Positions 27,740-42,372 of a DNA stretch of 64,000 nt are shown here, piece by piece (position 1 is the stretch's first letter; each line of letters starts with the position of its first letter). Made by a program: the position numbers and the translations under genes. A model generated the notes under the pieces. That model saw only the letters and a list, made by a program, of their open reading frames with translations, was not told the origin of the DNA and made no database searches. Source of the stretch: Octopus vulgaris (Eukaryota); the NCBI GenBank assembly GCA_951406725.2, contig OX597833.1, positions 68,200,001-68,264,000 of the forward strand, written 5' to 3'.

Positions 27740-28181
27740 ATCGATAGAAAACGTATGTAAATGCGTATATATGCGTGGATAAACTGTAGATAGTAAAGTC
27801 CATACAGAATGGATATCAAAATATATATATGCATACACACCTGTATATATATATATATCCAAACACACACACATTTATATAAATATGTGTGTGTGTATTC
27901 GTGTGTGTGAATCTTCTGCGTCATTAAGTCCAGGTTCAATTTCAGAATCAATTGTAAATTGGTGTCAATGATATGGTATATATTGAAGAGTCTCTGTATT
28001 TCAGCCAGTTTTATGCAATTTATTGCAATTTAGCGTGATGAATATTAAAGATCATTTGTTCATAATTGTACGTTTCTCTGCACAAAATGCACAACGAAGA
28101 ATTGTGTTTCATAATAAAGGAAAATAACAATTATGCAACACTGTTCCGATATGTAAAGTGTTTAAATGTTAAATAATGTTT

Positions 28182-28222
<41 letters not shown>

Positions 28223-28851
28223 ATAATATGTGTGTGTGGCGAGAGAGCATTGTCTTTGTATGCACATTTATGTTTTAAATAATTGGCAATTAGGCAACAT
28301 GCAACATTCTGCAGAAACACGGAAATCGTTTTGCAAAATATAGGGATATACGATTATTAGAAAATGATGATTAATTCTCATAATTGAGTTGAAAATGTAA
28401 TGCTTTATAAATTCGGATAGCTGCCTTTTCAATTGCTGCTAAGAGGGGGGAAATGGAAGATGGAGAATATTAATTGTACAAATGAAGGATTTATGAAAGA
28501 AATGTTTATGTGAATTGCATCTTGGTTTGAAGCATTCCAATTTTAGATAGGCATGCTTCCTCAGAATGGTAACTCGCATCTTTTTTCATTCCATCATTCC
28601 ACTTCATCAATGGTTGGGCTACGGCCAAACTAGGGCTGTAGAAATCATAAGCACTTTGATTTTTCTAGAACAGTGCTTGTCACCAACGTGCAAAATTTAC
28701 ATAATTTGTTTTTAATAAATGTAAATTATACTTCGATGCCTATACTGCTTTTAACAGATTTTAACTTAATCATGAATATTTCCTTCTGCTGATGATATTC
28801 GTCACTCTATTTTATATAATAATAATAATAACAATAATAATAGTAATAATA

Positions 28852-29189
28852 AGTGGGGGAGCATCATAGCCATGTGCTGAGAGGGATGCTTTGGGGTTTG
28901 AATAGTTCACCTCTGGAAACATGGGTGGTTCTTTCAACATCCTTAAACAACCCTTATTCGGGGACCGTTTGAGCGGGATGGGCTACTCAACCTGAAGAAA
29001 ATTCAAACTGGGCCCCACCTGCAAGGTCATGTGCTGTTTATCTTGATATGAGATCACCATGTCGCGCACATATGGTTGTGATGCATGTGCCTGGTGTACC
29101 TTTATCAGACGGGTAGTCATGATGGGTATATTGGGCTTCGTATATTTTACCCCAGTGTCACTTTGATGGCATGAACTGCTCTCTCACTC
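28852..29189 (+). mobile_element. Family E repeat, truncated copy, embedded in (TAA)n
   Basis: Reverse complement of part of 42373-42930; (TAA)n on both sides; orientation inferred from the retained end. Confidence 0.85.
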
Positions 29190-29221
<32 letters not shown>

Positions 29222-29230
29222 TAATACATT

Positions 29231-29434
29231 TATTTCTATATTGCCCACAAGGGACTAAACAGAGAGGGGGCAAACAAAAACATACAAAGATATTAAGTCG
29301 ATTACATCGACCCCAGTGCGTAACTGGTACTTATTTAATCAATCCCGAAAGGCAAAGTCTACCTCGGCGGAAATTGAAATCAGAACGTAAAGACAGACGA
29401 AATAAGTATTTAACGATTCTGCCAGCTCACCGCC
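29231..29434 (-). mobile_element. SINE family A with internal deletions, followed by the shared leader at 29435-29527
   Basis: Tail and head are recognisable. Confidence 0.85.
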
Positions 29435-30563
29435 TTGAGCAGCAAAGTATTAATGAAAAATATTCCTTCCACGACCATCCCGTGTTATTACAGACGTTTT
29501 AGTGCCTTTTATCTAACGGTAGCCTGGTAATAATAATATATACTCCGATTTAAAGCATTACTCATACACTCACTCACAAAAATGTGAGTTACTGTGCGTG
29601 AGATCCGGCGAGCCTGTGTATATGTACATAGGTGTGTATACTTCGCCATATTGTAATGCCGGTCACCCGAATCAGCCAAAATAAATAAAGCGTCTGATAA
29701 TATTTTAATTTGTATAGAATATTTGTGTGTTTTTTCTGTTAAATTATAGACTTGGCGGAAGTTCATTGTTCATGATATATGACTGTGTATAATAACAGCC
29801 ATTCTATTATTGATATTTCGTCTGTCAAAAGAAAGAAGAGGACATGTTGAAGGTAGTGGGGGAGGGTGCTGCTAAATAAATACGTTTATAACTATTATAC
29901 GTGTGTGTATGTATGTATGTGTGTGTGTGTGTGTGTGTAAATGAGAATATATTCTTTTGTCTTACGAGAAAACCTTTATATTGTAAATGAGAACAAATAG
30001 AAAGTTTGACATGAATATCTTTGCCATCGGCTGAAGGAAAATGGAGTAAGTCATCTTAAATCGAGGCTCTCTCACCCAACCTCTCTCTCGCTTTCTTTCT
30101 CTCTCTCTCATCAACTTTCATGTTCTCTCCATCTTAGCTCTGTATAGGTGTTTGTGTTTGTAGCTAGATGCATACGAACAACCACAGACACACACACAAA
30201 GTAAACAAATCCTTTGTGCAGGTTTTCCAGCAACACTTGCACGAACGTCTCGTGCTACGAGAGACTATGTTTACAGAGTAAGAGCGTGTGCGTGTGTGTT
30301 TGTATGTGTCTGTATTTCTGTGTATATGTGTTTGTATACACTTCTCTTCTTAATTAAAGCATGATAAACAACAAAAGTGTTACATCAAGTGAAAGATAAA
30401 TATCACTTAATGCAGACAGCATAAAAAGGACGAGCTATAACTAATATCACCTTGCTTTGGAGGCACGTGTATAGGTTTGTTCCCAAAATGTGCTGAAACC
30501 CATATATACAAACCAAGAAAATATTATTAACTCGTACCTTTATACTCTACACATAAAATTATA

Positions 30564-30599
<36 letters not shown>

Positions 30600-30665
30600 A
30601 ATATAAATGTATGTATACACATACGCAAACACATAACCATGTACATAAGTAGATACTCAAACATC

Positions 30666-30716
<51 letters not shown>

Positions 30717-30875
30717 ACTTATAATCAAGGACAAAAGAAAATTATTCCTATTCCAATATGCTGATAAGAAACTTTTAAATCTTCAATTTCCACATCTCAT
30801 TATACATATTTATATATATTGCTAAGGAACATTATACAAACGAGTCCTTCGAATTTAACTAAATTCTACATTTTT

Positions 30876-30964
30876 ATGCAGCTGAGGATTGCTCTACATT
30901 TTAAATTGATGTAATGTTTGCATTGTTCAATTAAATGGAGTCGCATGAAACGATCGTACTGCAT
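30876..30964 (+). ncRNA. Hammerhead motif with long stem II (family H4), best copy
   Basis: AUGCAG-CUGAGGA-U-UGC..long hairpin..GCA-U-GAAA-CGAUCGUA-CUGCAU: perfect 6-bp stem I, palindromic ACGAUCGU and a GUA site. Confidence 0.75.
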
Positions 30965-31575
30965 TACCCCTGTTGCTAATTTTGATATATATATATATAT
31001 ATATATATAATGCATATATGATGTGTCGTTATCTACTAATGTGCATGGGTATATGTTTGCGTATATGTTTGTATATCAGTTTTCGTGTCGTCATAAGGAG
31101 AGATGCTGAGTAGAGTTTAGAAGGCTAGAAAAGGATATTAGCAAAATCTATTTGAACTGTTATACGAAGAAACAACTGGATTTTTTTTTTTAAAAAGGGT
31201 GAATATTGGATTACCGAGTGAAAGGATGTAAACACTCAAATAAGAAGCAGACGCGACAGAGAGAGAGAAAGTGAGGAAGACAGAGTGGGAACGACAGAGA
31301 GAGAGAGAGAGAGAACGAAGAAAATATACGGTGGGGCTAAAAGTAGGCAAAAGAAGAAGCTTAAGAAGTGTTAGTGGGAGTCTGGAATGTTAGAGAGAAG
31401 GAGGAACTCCTATCTAATGAATTTATCTCTTGGTTTCGTACATATATTGGAGGGATGTCTAGGAAGGGAGTGATGACAGAGTTTGCAAAGGAACATTATC
31501 TGTGACATGTTCAAACCTCTTTTCCATCCTGAACTTGCCTCCGTGTGAGATTTCTCTCTGCCCAACAACATTCAT

Positions 31576-31629
<54 letters not shown>

Positions 31630-31766
31630 TCACGCATACATACATATGTACTGATTATATATAAATATGTGTGCACACACATTTAAATTCGTACCTTTGT
31701 GTACATTCAAATATGTACCTAAATGTGTCTGCGTATGTATGTATGTATGTATGTATTTATAAATTT

Positions 31767-31922
31767 GGTGCAGGCGTGGCTTTGTGGTAAGAACCTTGCT
31801 TCCCAATCACATGGTTCCGGGTTCAGTCCCACTGCGTGGCACCTTACGAAGGTGCCGTCTATTATAATCTCGGAGCTTGTGAGTGGATTTGGTAAACGGA
31901 AACTGAAAGAAACCCGTCATAT
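31767..31922 (+). mobile_element. SINE family B 5' half
   Basis: Head through GGAAACTGAAAGAAACCCGTC. Confidence 0.85.
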
Positions 31923-32903
31923 ATGGATATACGCTAACTGCATATAAATCCGTGTCGTATGAATTGAAGTAGTGAAAATGGAGTTTCTATACACAAATAT
32001 TTCGTTTTTAAAACATAGTTACGCATATATTAAATAGTCAAACATAAATACACGTGGGTGGAATTGCATGTATCTGGCGCCGTGTAGTGTAAATACTTTG
32101 GTAAAAAATTGAAACGAAAACACTAAACTTGATGTTATGCGTCATAGTTGCAATGTAAACCTATCTCCCCATTCCTAACAACTGCCGTATATTTTAATTT
32201 AACCATTTCTTGAGAGTTACGTAGTATTTTGACTCCGTCTTGTACTACTCAGAAATTCTTCTAAACACATGTATTCCGTCTGAATTGGTCATGCATGAGC
32301 AATTTGCACAATATCTTTGCAACTCAGCGATTTCGCTTTTATATTCCTTGGAGTGTTACCAAATTGTTCATGCTTCAATTGGTAGTTAATTTATGCTTCA
32401 AGCCTACAGATTTCCATATTCTCAACATGTATTTATAAATCGTTATGCATTAATGCTTTCGTAGGAATTGTGTCTTTCCGTTTGGTAGGAACGTTGCCAA
32501 GACCTATGCTTTTATAGTTACTGGTGCCACCGCTGGGTTTGTGGTTGCTGTAGCTCTATACAGTTTGATACCATAAATTTGTGCATGTGTATGCAATACA
32601 GGTTTCCGTCAACATTCAGATATCGTAGAGTTTATTTTGGCTTTTCCGTTTTTCCCAGTGAAATACATAAGTAGAATATTGAATCGTATTGGATTCACTA
32701 TATTGGATAAGTCAATGATCCATACACTTGAGAGAACGCGTGTTAAAATTCTAGTAGTTTACAGGAACATACTTAATAAACAGGTTAGGTTTGATTAGAT
32801 TTGTAGTTGGCTGTAGATGTCATAAGTCCGGAGAACCTGGTTTCCCTGGCGTGTATATGGCAAGGGTTAAAACGCGCTCTTCTCTTCCACATGAACGGAC
32901 GCA

Positions 32904-33941
32904 AAAGGATGAAAGGCAAAGTCGACCTCGGTGGAATTTGAACTCAGAACGTAGCGGCAGACGAAGTACCTATTTCTTTATTACCCACAAGGGGCTAAAC
33001 ATAGAGGGGACAAACAAGGACAGACATAGGTATTAAGTCGATTACATCGAAACCAGTGCGGAACTGGTACTTAATTTATCGACCCCGAAAGGATGAAAGG
33101 CAAAGTCGACCTCGGTGGAATTTGAACTCAGAACGTAGCGGCAGACGAAGTACCTATTTCTTTATTACCCACAAGGGGCTAAACACAGAGGGGACAAACA
33201 AGGACAGACATAGGTATTAAGTCGATTACATCGAAACCAGTGCGGAACTGGTACTTAATTTATCGACCCCGAAAGGATGAAAGGCAAAGTCAACCTCGGC
33301 GGAATTTGAACTCAGAACGTAGCGGCAGACGAAGTACCTATTTCTTTATTACCCACAAGGGGCTAAACATAGAGGGGACAAACAAGGACAGACATAGGTA
33401 TTAAGTCGATTACATCGAAACCAGTGCGGAACTGGTACTTAATTTATCGACCCCGAAAGGATGAAAGGCAAAGTCGACCTCGGCGGAATTTGAACTCAGA
33501 ACGTAGCGGCAGACGAAGTACCTATTTCTTTATTACCCACAAGGGGCTAAACACAGAGGGGAGGGGACAAACAAGGACAGACATAGGTATTAAGTCGATT
33601 ACATCGAAACCAGTGCGGAACTGGTACTTAATTTATCGACCCCGAAAGGATGAAAGGCAAAGTCGACCTCGGTGGAATTTGAACTCAGAACGTAGCGGCA
33701 GACGAAGTACCTATTTCTTTATTACCCACAAGGGGCTAAACATAGAGGGGACAAACAAGGACAGACATAGGTATTAAGTCGATTACATCGAAACCAGTGC
33801 GGAACTGGTACTTAATTTATCGACCCCGAAAGGATGAAAGGCAAAGTCAACCTCGGCGGAATTTGAACTCACAACGTAACGCAGACGAAGTACCGCTAAG
33901 TATTTCGCCAGCGGTGCTAATAATTCCGCCAGCTCGCCGCC
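32904..33941 (-). repeat. SINE-A-derived tandem array: one head (ending at 33941) plus ~5.5 units of 184 bp
   Basis: AAAGGATGAAAGG recurs at 32904, 33088, 33272, 33456, 33645 and 33829. The period is 184 bp, with one of 189 bp due to a GAGGG duplication. Confidence 0.97.
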
Positions 33942-34069
33942 TTGAGCAGCAAAGTATTAATGAAAAATATTCCTTCCACGACCATCCCGTCTTATTACAG
34001 ACGTTTTAGGTGCCTTTTATCTAACGGCAGCCTGGCAGTTTTGTATTTCCTAGTCCTTTCACTACTACA

Positions 34070-34456
34070 CAGTCTCTCTCCGTCGCTCTCTTTCCCAAAC
34101 TCCCTCCATCTCCATCTTTCTGTCCCTCTGTTTCCATCCATTTCCCTCACTCTAGCTTTACCTCTTCCTCTCCCCTTATGCTACATGTACCTCCCTTCTC
34201 CACTCTCTCCCTCCGTTCTCTCACTCTCTGACCCCCTCTTTCTCTTCATTCTCCCCTTTACTCTGTTTCACCTTCCCCTTCCTTTCACGCTGATTCTTCT
34301 ATTTTTCTTTCCATTCTCTCTTCTTTCCTTCCTCCCTCTCTCCCTTCTTTTCGCCTTATTCTTTCTTTCCACCTGACTCCTCTTCCCCTTCACCCATCTC
34401 TCTCCTCAAACCTCTTCTACACCGCTCTCTCTCTTTCCCCCTCTCACTCTCTCTGC
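34070..34456. repeat. Polypyrimidine (CT-rich) tract, ~390 bp
   Basis: Seen directly. Confidence 0.9.
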
Positions 34457-35181
34457 CTGTAGTCGGTTCCCCTATGATATCGTGTCTTGGAGTGGTACCA
34501 ATATATTTGTATGCTTCAAGCAAATGTTTATTTAAGATTAAGATTAGAAGTTTTAAGAATTTCCATATTTCCAATATTTCTAAATTGAATTCTTGCTATA
34601 TATATATATATGGAAGCTATCGCACCATTTTTTTTTTTTTACCTCAGGTGCCCTTTGGCAGCGCCTAAGGGTGAAAACAATATCTGCTGATCTCGTTGAT
34701 ATATAACTAGTTTTCTTGAAAATATCTGTGGATATCGAATATTGATTCAATCAGAGTGTATTTCTAATAAGTGTGAACCATAGACAGCAGGTATTAACAC
34801 AGGGTTAAGAGTTTCATATAGAGATCAAGCAGTTCCGAGTTCGATTACCCTGCGTGACAATTTCACTGGAAATAATCCAGCTCCGAACTCATCTGCGGTG
34901 GTAGTTTTGCAGAAAAGAGGTTATTGGATGCGGCTAATCGAGGAAATTACATCTTTTATTGTCCTCTTTTCTTTCAATTATTTCAGTCATTAAACTGCAG
35001 CTACGCCGACGCGTCGCCCTGCAGTGTTTTTAGCCGAAATATTGACTTCGTTACATGTTTTAAAATATTTATTCCATAGGGCCTTTTGTTAAACTGTTAA
35101 ATTGTGGGGATATAAACAACCAAACACCTGCTGTCAAACATTGGAAATGGACAAAAACGAAATCCCCAACATACTAATAGT

Positions 35182-35213
<32 letters not shown>

Positions 35214-35375
35214 ACATTCACTGTGCTTGGAGTTAGTTTGCTTATCGTTTGTTATCATTCTCACCCTCGTAGACGGCACAGTTCCATTATTAATGGGAAC
35301 TGTATTGGTTGTTGATTGGAGTTGCTAACAATACGAAAGAAAAATCGACAAGCAACAAGAAAGGAAACAGATTAT

Positions 35376-35783
35376 TTATCTATCTACCTATCTACCTATC
35401 TACCTAATCTATCTACCTATCTACCTATCTGCCTCTCTGCGTATCTGCCTATCTACATATCTGCCTATCTACATATCTGCCTATCTACATATCTGCCTAT
35501 CTACATATCTGCCTATCTACATATCTACCTATCTACATATCTACCTATCTACATATCTACCTATCTACATATCTACCTATCTACATATCTACCTATCTAC
35601 ATATCTGCCTATCTACATATCTACCTATCTACATATCTGCCTATCTACATATCTGCCTATCTACATATCTGCCTATCTACATATCTGCCTATCTACATAT
35701 CTACCTATCTACATATCTACCTATCTACATATCTGCCTATCTACATATCTGCCTATCTACATATCTGCCTATCCATCCATCCA

Positions 35784-35871
<88 letters not shown>

Positions 35872-35880
35872 TACATAAAC
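35376..35880. repeat. 16-bp minisatellite ((G/A)CCTATCTACATATCT)n followed by (CT)n(AT)n(AC)n
   Basis: Seen directly, about 20 units at 35447-35770. Confidence 0.95.
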
Positions 35881-36302
35881 ACAGATACACACTCACACAC
35901 ATAAAAGCAAGTAGAAAATACTATGAAGAAAACAATTTCTCCTTTACCGCCACCTGAGAATTCTAAAATATCGATTATATGTTTCACTGAGAGGCAGTTC
36001 AGACTGAAATGAAGAAAACATAATTTATGCAAGCGTCTACTATCTTAGAATCTATAACTACCGCAACAAAGCCAGGGACGACGAAAAACCCCCTTAAAGC
36101 GTAACAATGGCACATGCATGGTGGATGGCCTTGAAAGGTCAGCTTGCAACGAGATGGTTCGATTTTTCGATCTTAATTTATGACGTCCCTGGTCAAGTTT
36201 GTGTGAGACAAAAATATGATGAATAGAACACGGCTCAACCCTGTTATATACAAATCTATAAATATTTCGCGCTCTGTGTGTCTCTCTCTCCCTATCTTAC
36301 AC

Positions 36303-36333
<31 letters not shown>

Positions 36334-36369
36334 GCATGTGTGTGTATGTATATTTGTGTGCATGCACCC

Positions 36370-36508
36370 CTGTGTCTTCGGCATAAGACAGCGATAAAAT
36401 AAGTGCTAGGCTTACAATGAATAAGTCCTCGGGTTGATTTGTTTGACTAAAAGACGGTGCTCCAGTCTGGCTCCTGTCAAATGACTGAAGTAACGAAAAA
36501 GGAAAAAA
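36370..36508 (+). mobile_element. SINE family B 3' half, degenerate
   Basis: GAATAAGTCC..GGTGCTCCAG..CAAATGACTGAA. Confidence 0.7.
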
Positions 36509-37025
36509 TGAATATATATATATATACATATATGTGTATATATAATGTATATATATATATATAATTTGGTGTGTGTGAGTACGTTTTAGTGAACTAAAGG
36601 TGGACAGTCTTCCAGGTTTCGATATGCCATCCGCTGGCAGTCGGGTGACATGATTCCTCCACGGATCCAAAATCCCCTACAGACAAATCGTCTATCTAAG
36701 ACAGTGTGTTATCGACGACGATAACACCCGGTGCTATTAGGGTGTCATTCCCCAAGTTCTTGATCCCAGCGAACCTGCCAATAAATAACACACAAACATA
36801 AAGTATATGCGGTCGATAACGTTTACAACACTAGCGCTAGTCCTAATTCGTTATAGTAAATAATCCTAATTAAGAATCGCCTAAGCATACCAGCAAATAG
36901 TTCTTGAATTATATATAGTCGATTCCTTCCAGGTTCTATTCATAAAGGTGATGTTGATAAATCAAAAAGTGTCTAAACATCGATACTCATCACTCCTGAA
37001 CTTCATTGGACGCGAGTTTTTCCCC

Positions 37026-37574
<549 letters not shown>

Positions 37575-38224
37575 GACGGTTTCCGTTCGGTTTTCGTCTG
37601 CGAATGCCACTGACATAATTTTAGTTTGCTCGAGGCTATAGTACCACGACATTACGACGCAGTGGAATTGAACCTAGAATCATTCGGAAGCAAATTTCCC
37701 ACCCCACAGTGACAGCTCCCCCCCACACACACACACACGTATGCGTATGAGTAGGTACACACACGTGTGTGTGTACCTACTCATACGCATATAAATCATC
37801 GCATACACCATTTTAGGATCAGACATTTGAGATGTGTTATTTACCAGTAGAAGATATTGATTGCAACGTTCAATCATTTCGCTCAACTCCAGTAAACAAA
37901 CTTAAATACCAAGTGATGACATGTTGACTGATGGTACTAAACAAATTAATGTACGTAGAGACCAAGTTTACAGCCATGACCGCTCGCCCACACCAACACA
38001 AACCACACACACACACACACACACACTGCCACGCATGCGGACGCGCAAGCGCGAGTGTGTATGCATACATGTCTTCATCTAACAGAAGCTGAGGCAGATA
38101 GTAATGCGGTTTCTATTTCCATTGGTTTCTGATACACCTCTCTCTCTCTATCTCTCTTCCACCTCACTCTCTCTCACACACACACACATTCTATCTCATA
38201 CTCTATCATTATCTCTCTCTCTCC

Positions 38225-38255
<31 letters not shown>

Positions 38256-38275
38256 TATATATAGTCTCTCTCTCT

Positions 38276-38326
<51 letters not shown>

Positions 38327-39060
38327 ATTCTCTCCACCCATCGACACCACACACAGACATATATATATATATGCACACAAATATATCTGAGAAAAGAGTC
38401 AGAAAAAAATTATATATATATGAGAGAAGGAATGTGAGAGGGAGAGTCTACTCAATACATGTAGTAGAGTATACCTATTTACTTTATTTCTATGGTGTTA
38501 GTACTACAATATTTATTAAAACGTACCGGGTCATTGTCTATTTTCAGGCAAGTTACCATCATCCTGCATACAAAGGTACACACATACACACTCGTATGTA
38601 TGTGTGTGTTTGTGTGTGTGTGTGCCTGTGTCCTGCATCTTGTGTTGTCAGGTATCTACTAAATTTAGTTCTCAGTGTATTGGGAATAAAGATAACACAC
38701 CATTATTGACATTGTTATTATCAAGATTAAGCATGTCCCACAGGTGGTGATAAGCTTTTCAACACGAATTCTTCGGTACAATTCAAGCAATTAACGAATT
38801 AATCTAAAGAATAGTTAATCCCCAAAGATTTGGCTTCGAACCAATATGGCGACAGAATTAGAACGCTTGTAAAAGCGAGAAAAGGCAGCGAACGTACTGC
38901 AATGGACGGGAAGACAAAATAATTTGAATAATAATATCCGAAACAATATTAGCGAGATTTGACTCTCCTAATTTAAAGTCATTTAACATTACAGCGCGGC
39001 GTCGTTGTGTGGTTTAGGGGCCTAATTCTCTATACTGGTCTCGTGTTCAGCCTCTCTGTA

Positions 39061-39450
39061 TTGGAAGCACTCCGTCGGTTACGACGACGAGGGTTCCGGT
39101 TGATCCGAATCAACGGAACAGCCTGCTCGTGAAATTAACGTGTAAGTGGCTGAGCATTCCACAGACACGTGTACCATTAACGTAGTTCTCGGGGATATTC
39201 AGCGTGACACAGAGAGTGACAAGGCCGGCCCCTTTGAAATACAGGTACAACAGAAACAGGAAGTAAGAGAAGAGTGAGAGAAAGTTGTGGTGAAAGAGTA
39301 CAGCAGGGATCACCACCATCCCCTGCCGGAGCCTCATGGAGCTTTAGGTGTTTTCGCTCAATATACACTCACAACGCCCGGTCTGGGAATCGAAACCGCG
39401 ATCCTACGACCGCGAGTCCGCTGCCCTAACCACTGGGCCATTGCGCCTCC
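39061..39450 (-). mobile_element. SINE family C, full length, flanked by 81-bp direct repeats
   Basis: Head with a TCG (Arg) anticodon-like position, GGACTCGCGG; repeats at 38980-39060 and 39451-39531. Confidence 0.95.
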
Positions 39451-39690
39451 CATTTAACATAACAGCGCGGCGTCCTTGTATGGCTTAGGAGCCTAATTCT
39501 CTATACTGGTCTCGTGTTCAGGCCTTCTGTATAGCATATCGGGCAAGTGTATTCCTCGCTTTCCCTAAGTCTACCGGAAACGTAGTGTGTGACTGAAATC
39601 AGTAAAACAAGAAACGTAAATGAAAGCATATACATGCGCGTGCGGATGTGTGTGTCTCAATGATTGAATGTGTGTTTGTATTATATATTT

Positions 39691-40096
39691 GGAGTCGTGG
39701 CTCTGTGGTTTGAAGCTTGCTTCCCAACCACATGGTTCCGTGTTCAGTCGCATTGCGTGGCGCCTTGTGCAGGATTTTTACTATAGCTCCGGGCAGAGCA
39801 TAGCCTTGTGAGTGGATTTGGTAGAGGGAATCTGAAAGACGCCTCTTATGTGTATATATATATTTGTGTGTGTGTGTGTGTGAGTGTGTGCATCTGCATT
39901 CCTCACTTCCGCGATCATCGCTTGACAACTGATGTTAGTGTCTTTACGTCCCCTTAACGTAGCGGTTCGGCAAAATATTCCGAGAGAATAAGTACTAGGC
40001 TCACAAACAATATGTCCTTGTCTTGGTCTCTTCGATTGAAGGTGGTGCTTGGGCATAACCGCGGTCAAATGACTGAAACAAGTAGAATAATAAAAG
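39691..40096 (+). mobile_element. SINE family B, diverged full length
   Basis: Head, internal (TA)(TG) microsatellite and tail. Confidence 0.85.
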
Positions 40097-40296
40097 ATGC
40101 TTAGCAACGGTATCAATGTTCGCTGAAGTTCGTCTTATCCAATCAAAATCATTCCAGAAAAGAACCATGAAACCAATCATAAAATTGTCACTCGAGTTAA
40201 CAATACACTTATTTCCATTGATTATATTTAAATATTCAGTCCGTAAGCACCCACTTGCTGGGCTCCTCCAATAAGTTGTCTAAATGTGTTACAATT

Positions 40297-40501
<205 letters not shown>

Positions 40502-40862
40502 TTATTGTTTGCATATCAATTGAATTAAACCTACATGTTATGGTATATTTGTATAATTGCCTCTATGTCTCTATTATTTTGCAACTGGATTGGAATGTGA
40601 ATGCAAACACGCGCACGTCCAAACTCTCAGACACACACTCGCCGAAACGCGCAGTTAGCCATTTGTTCTTTTATTAAAAAACAAAACACATCTACAACCA
40701 AATGGTATTGTTGTATTTAAAATCTTTCTATATTGCGAGTGGATTGCGCAAAGCGAGGTACAGCCAATGAGTCGTCGTGGATTTAAAGGAACACACATTT
40801 ACACATATAAACAGGTTCGTTTGAATTTGTATGTAAGGATGTATGTGTTGTGCGTGAATCTC

Positions 40863-40941
<79 letters not shown>

Positions 40942-41521
40942 TGCTTAATTATATATATAGTTGCATATGGCTATACTGATGGAATCCTACATATTCATAG
41001 GTATCTGTATGTATGTATGTATACTTTGGTGTGTGTATTTGTGAATGTATATGTATGTGCATGCGTATATATATAAACGCAAAGCGAATATATGCACGCA
41101 CGTGTGTATATGTATGTATATGTGTGGATGTCTGTAGGCATGAGGTGTGTGTAAATAACTACACATGGTATTGCAGCTGTCTTCCAAGTGGAGCTTAAAT
41201 ATTCTTAACAAAAAATCTACAACAATTTAGGAACACAACATTTTTAAAAATCAATAATAAATATCAGTATCCACAAAATCGCGATAGCTTTTCAAATTAT
41301 TAATGGCTTTCATTTCTAAAAATCATTTGTTTATAAATAGTTCTTTTTTTAAATATATATTTTAAAGGTATGCCTTTCCATTAATTTTAATTATTATAGA
41401 AATGCTTTAGAATTTGATATTACATGTAACCTCTCCACTGGCAATTGAGAGAGCTAATGCGCATGCTCTTGTATATCGCGTTACGCTTTCAAGCAGCACA
41501 CTCAAATGTGAATTGTTTTAA

Positions 41522-41584
<63 letters not shown>

Positions 41585-41704
41585 GTACCTACCTACCTAC
41601 ATACCTATCTATCTATCTATCTATCTATCTATCCTTCCACCCATCCATCCAAACACCCACCCATCCATCCATCCATCCATCCATCTATCTATTTATCTAT
41701 CTAT
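41522..41704. repeat. (TATC)n/(CCAT)n compound microsatellite
   Basis: Seen directly. Confidence 0.95.
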
Positions 41705-42111
41705 CATTTGTCACTACATGTTCATGTGTACATAAATATTTTTCAACATGTAGATGCATACGTACGTACATAACAAACACACAGACACACACACACACAC
41801 ACACACACAAACATATGAGCTTGTTAAATAGAAAGGAAATATATTTAATGGACCCTACAGGGATTATGGCACGAAACATCTATGATATATTTAGAAACAA
41901 CCTGCTTCTGTATATTAAACTCCATTATTTAATATTTAGCAGTAAATTCCTTTTGATCGAATTCAACTCTTATCAGATCGAATGTAAATATGAAACTCGC
42001 GTCCCCTCCCTTATTTCAGTGGTTATTGCGCATTATGGTAATTATTCTAATTATGTGATACACACACTCACACACACACACCATTATTATTAATATTGTT
42101 ATTATTGTTAA

Positions 42112-42324
42112 GGCGCCGAGGTGACAGAATCGTTAGCACGTCGGAAAAAATGATTTGCGGTATTTAGTACGTCTCAACATTCTGAGTTCAAATTCTGCCG
42201 AGGTTGACTGTGTCTTTCATCCTTAAGAGGTCGATAAAATAAGTACCAGTCGAGCACTGGGGTCGATGTAACCGACTCATCTCCGCCTTCGGAAATGTTA
42301 GCCTCTGTGCTTAAATTAGAAAGG
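42112..42324 (+). mobile_element. SINE family A, alternative-tail subfamily
   Basis: Same head and core; tail ...GCCTCTGTGCTTAAATTAGAAAGG plus (ATT)n. Confidence 0.85.
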
Positions 42325-42337
42325 ATTATTATTATTA

Positions 42338-42372
<35 letters not shown>

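Noticed and set aside
32904-33941. CRISPR-like or coding tandem array
   Set aside because: The 184-bp units have no unique spacers and are SINE-derived.
34628-34675. Strong splice-acceptor-like T-run..CAG|G
   Set aside because: There is no convincing exon or donor, and such sites are frequent by chance.
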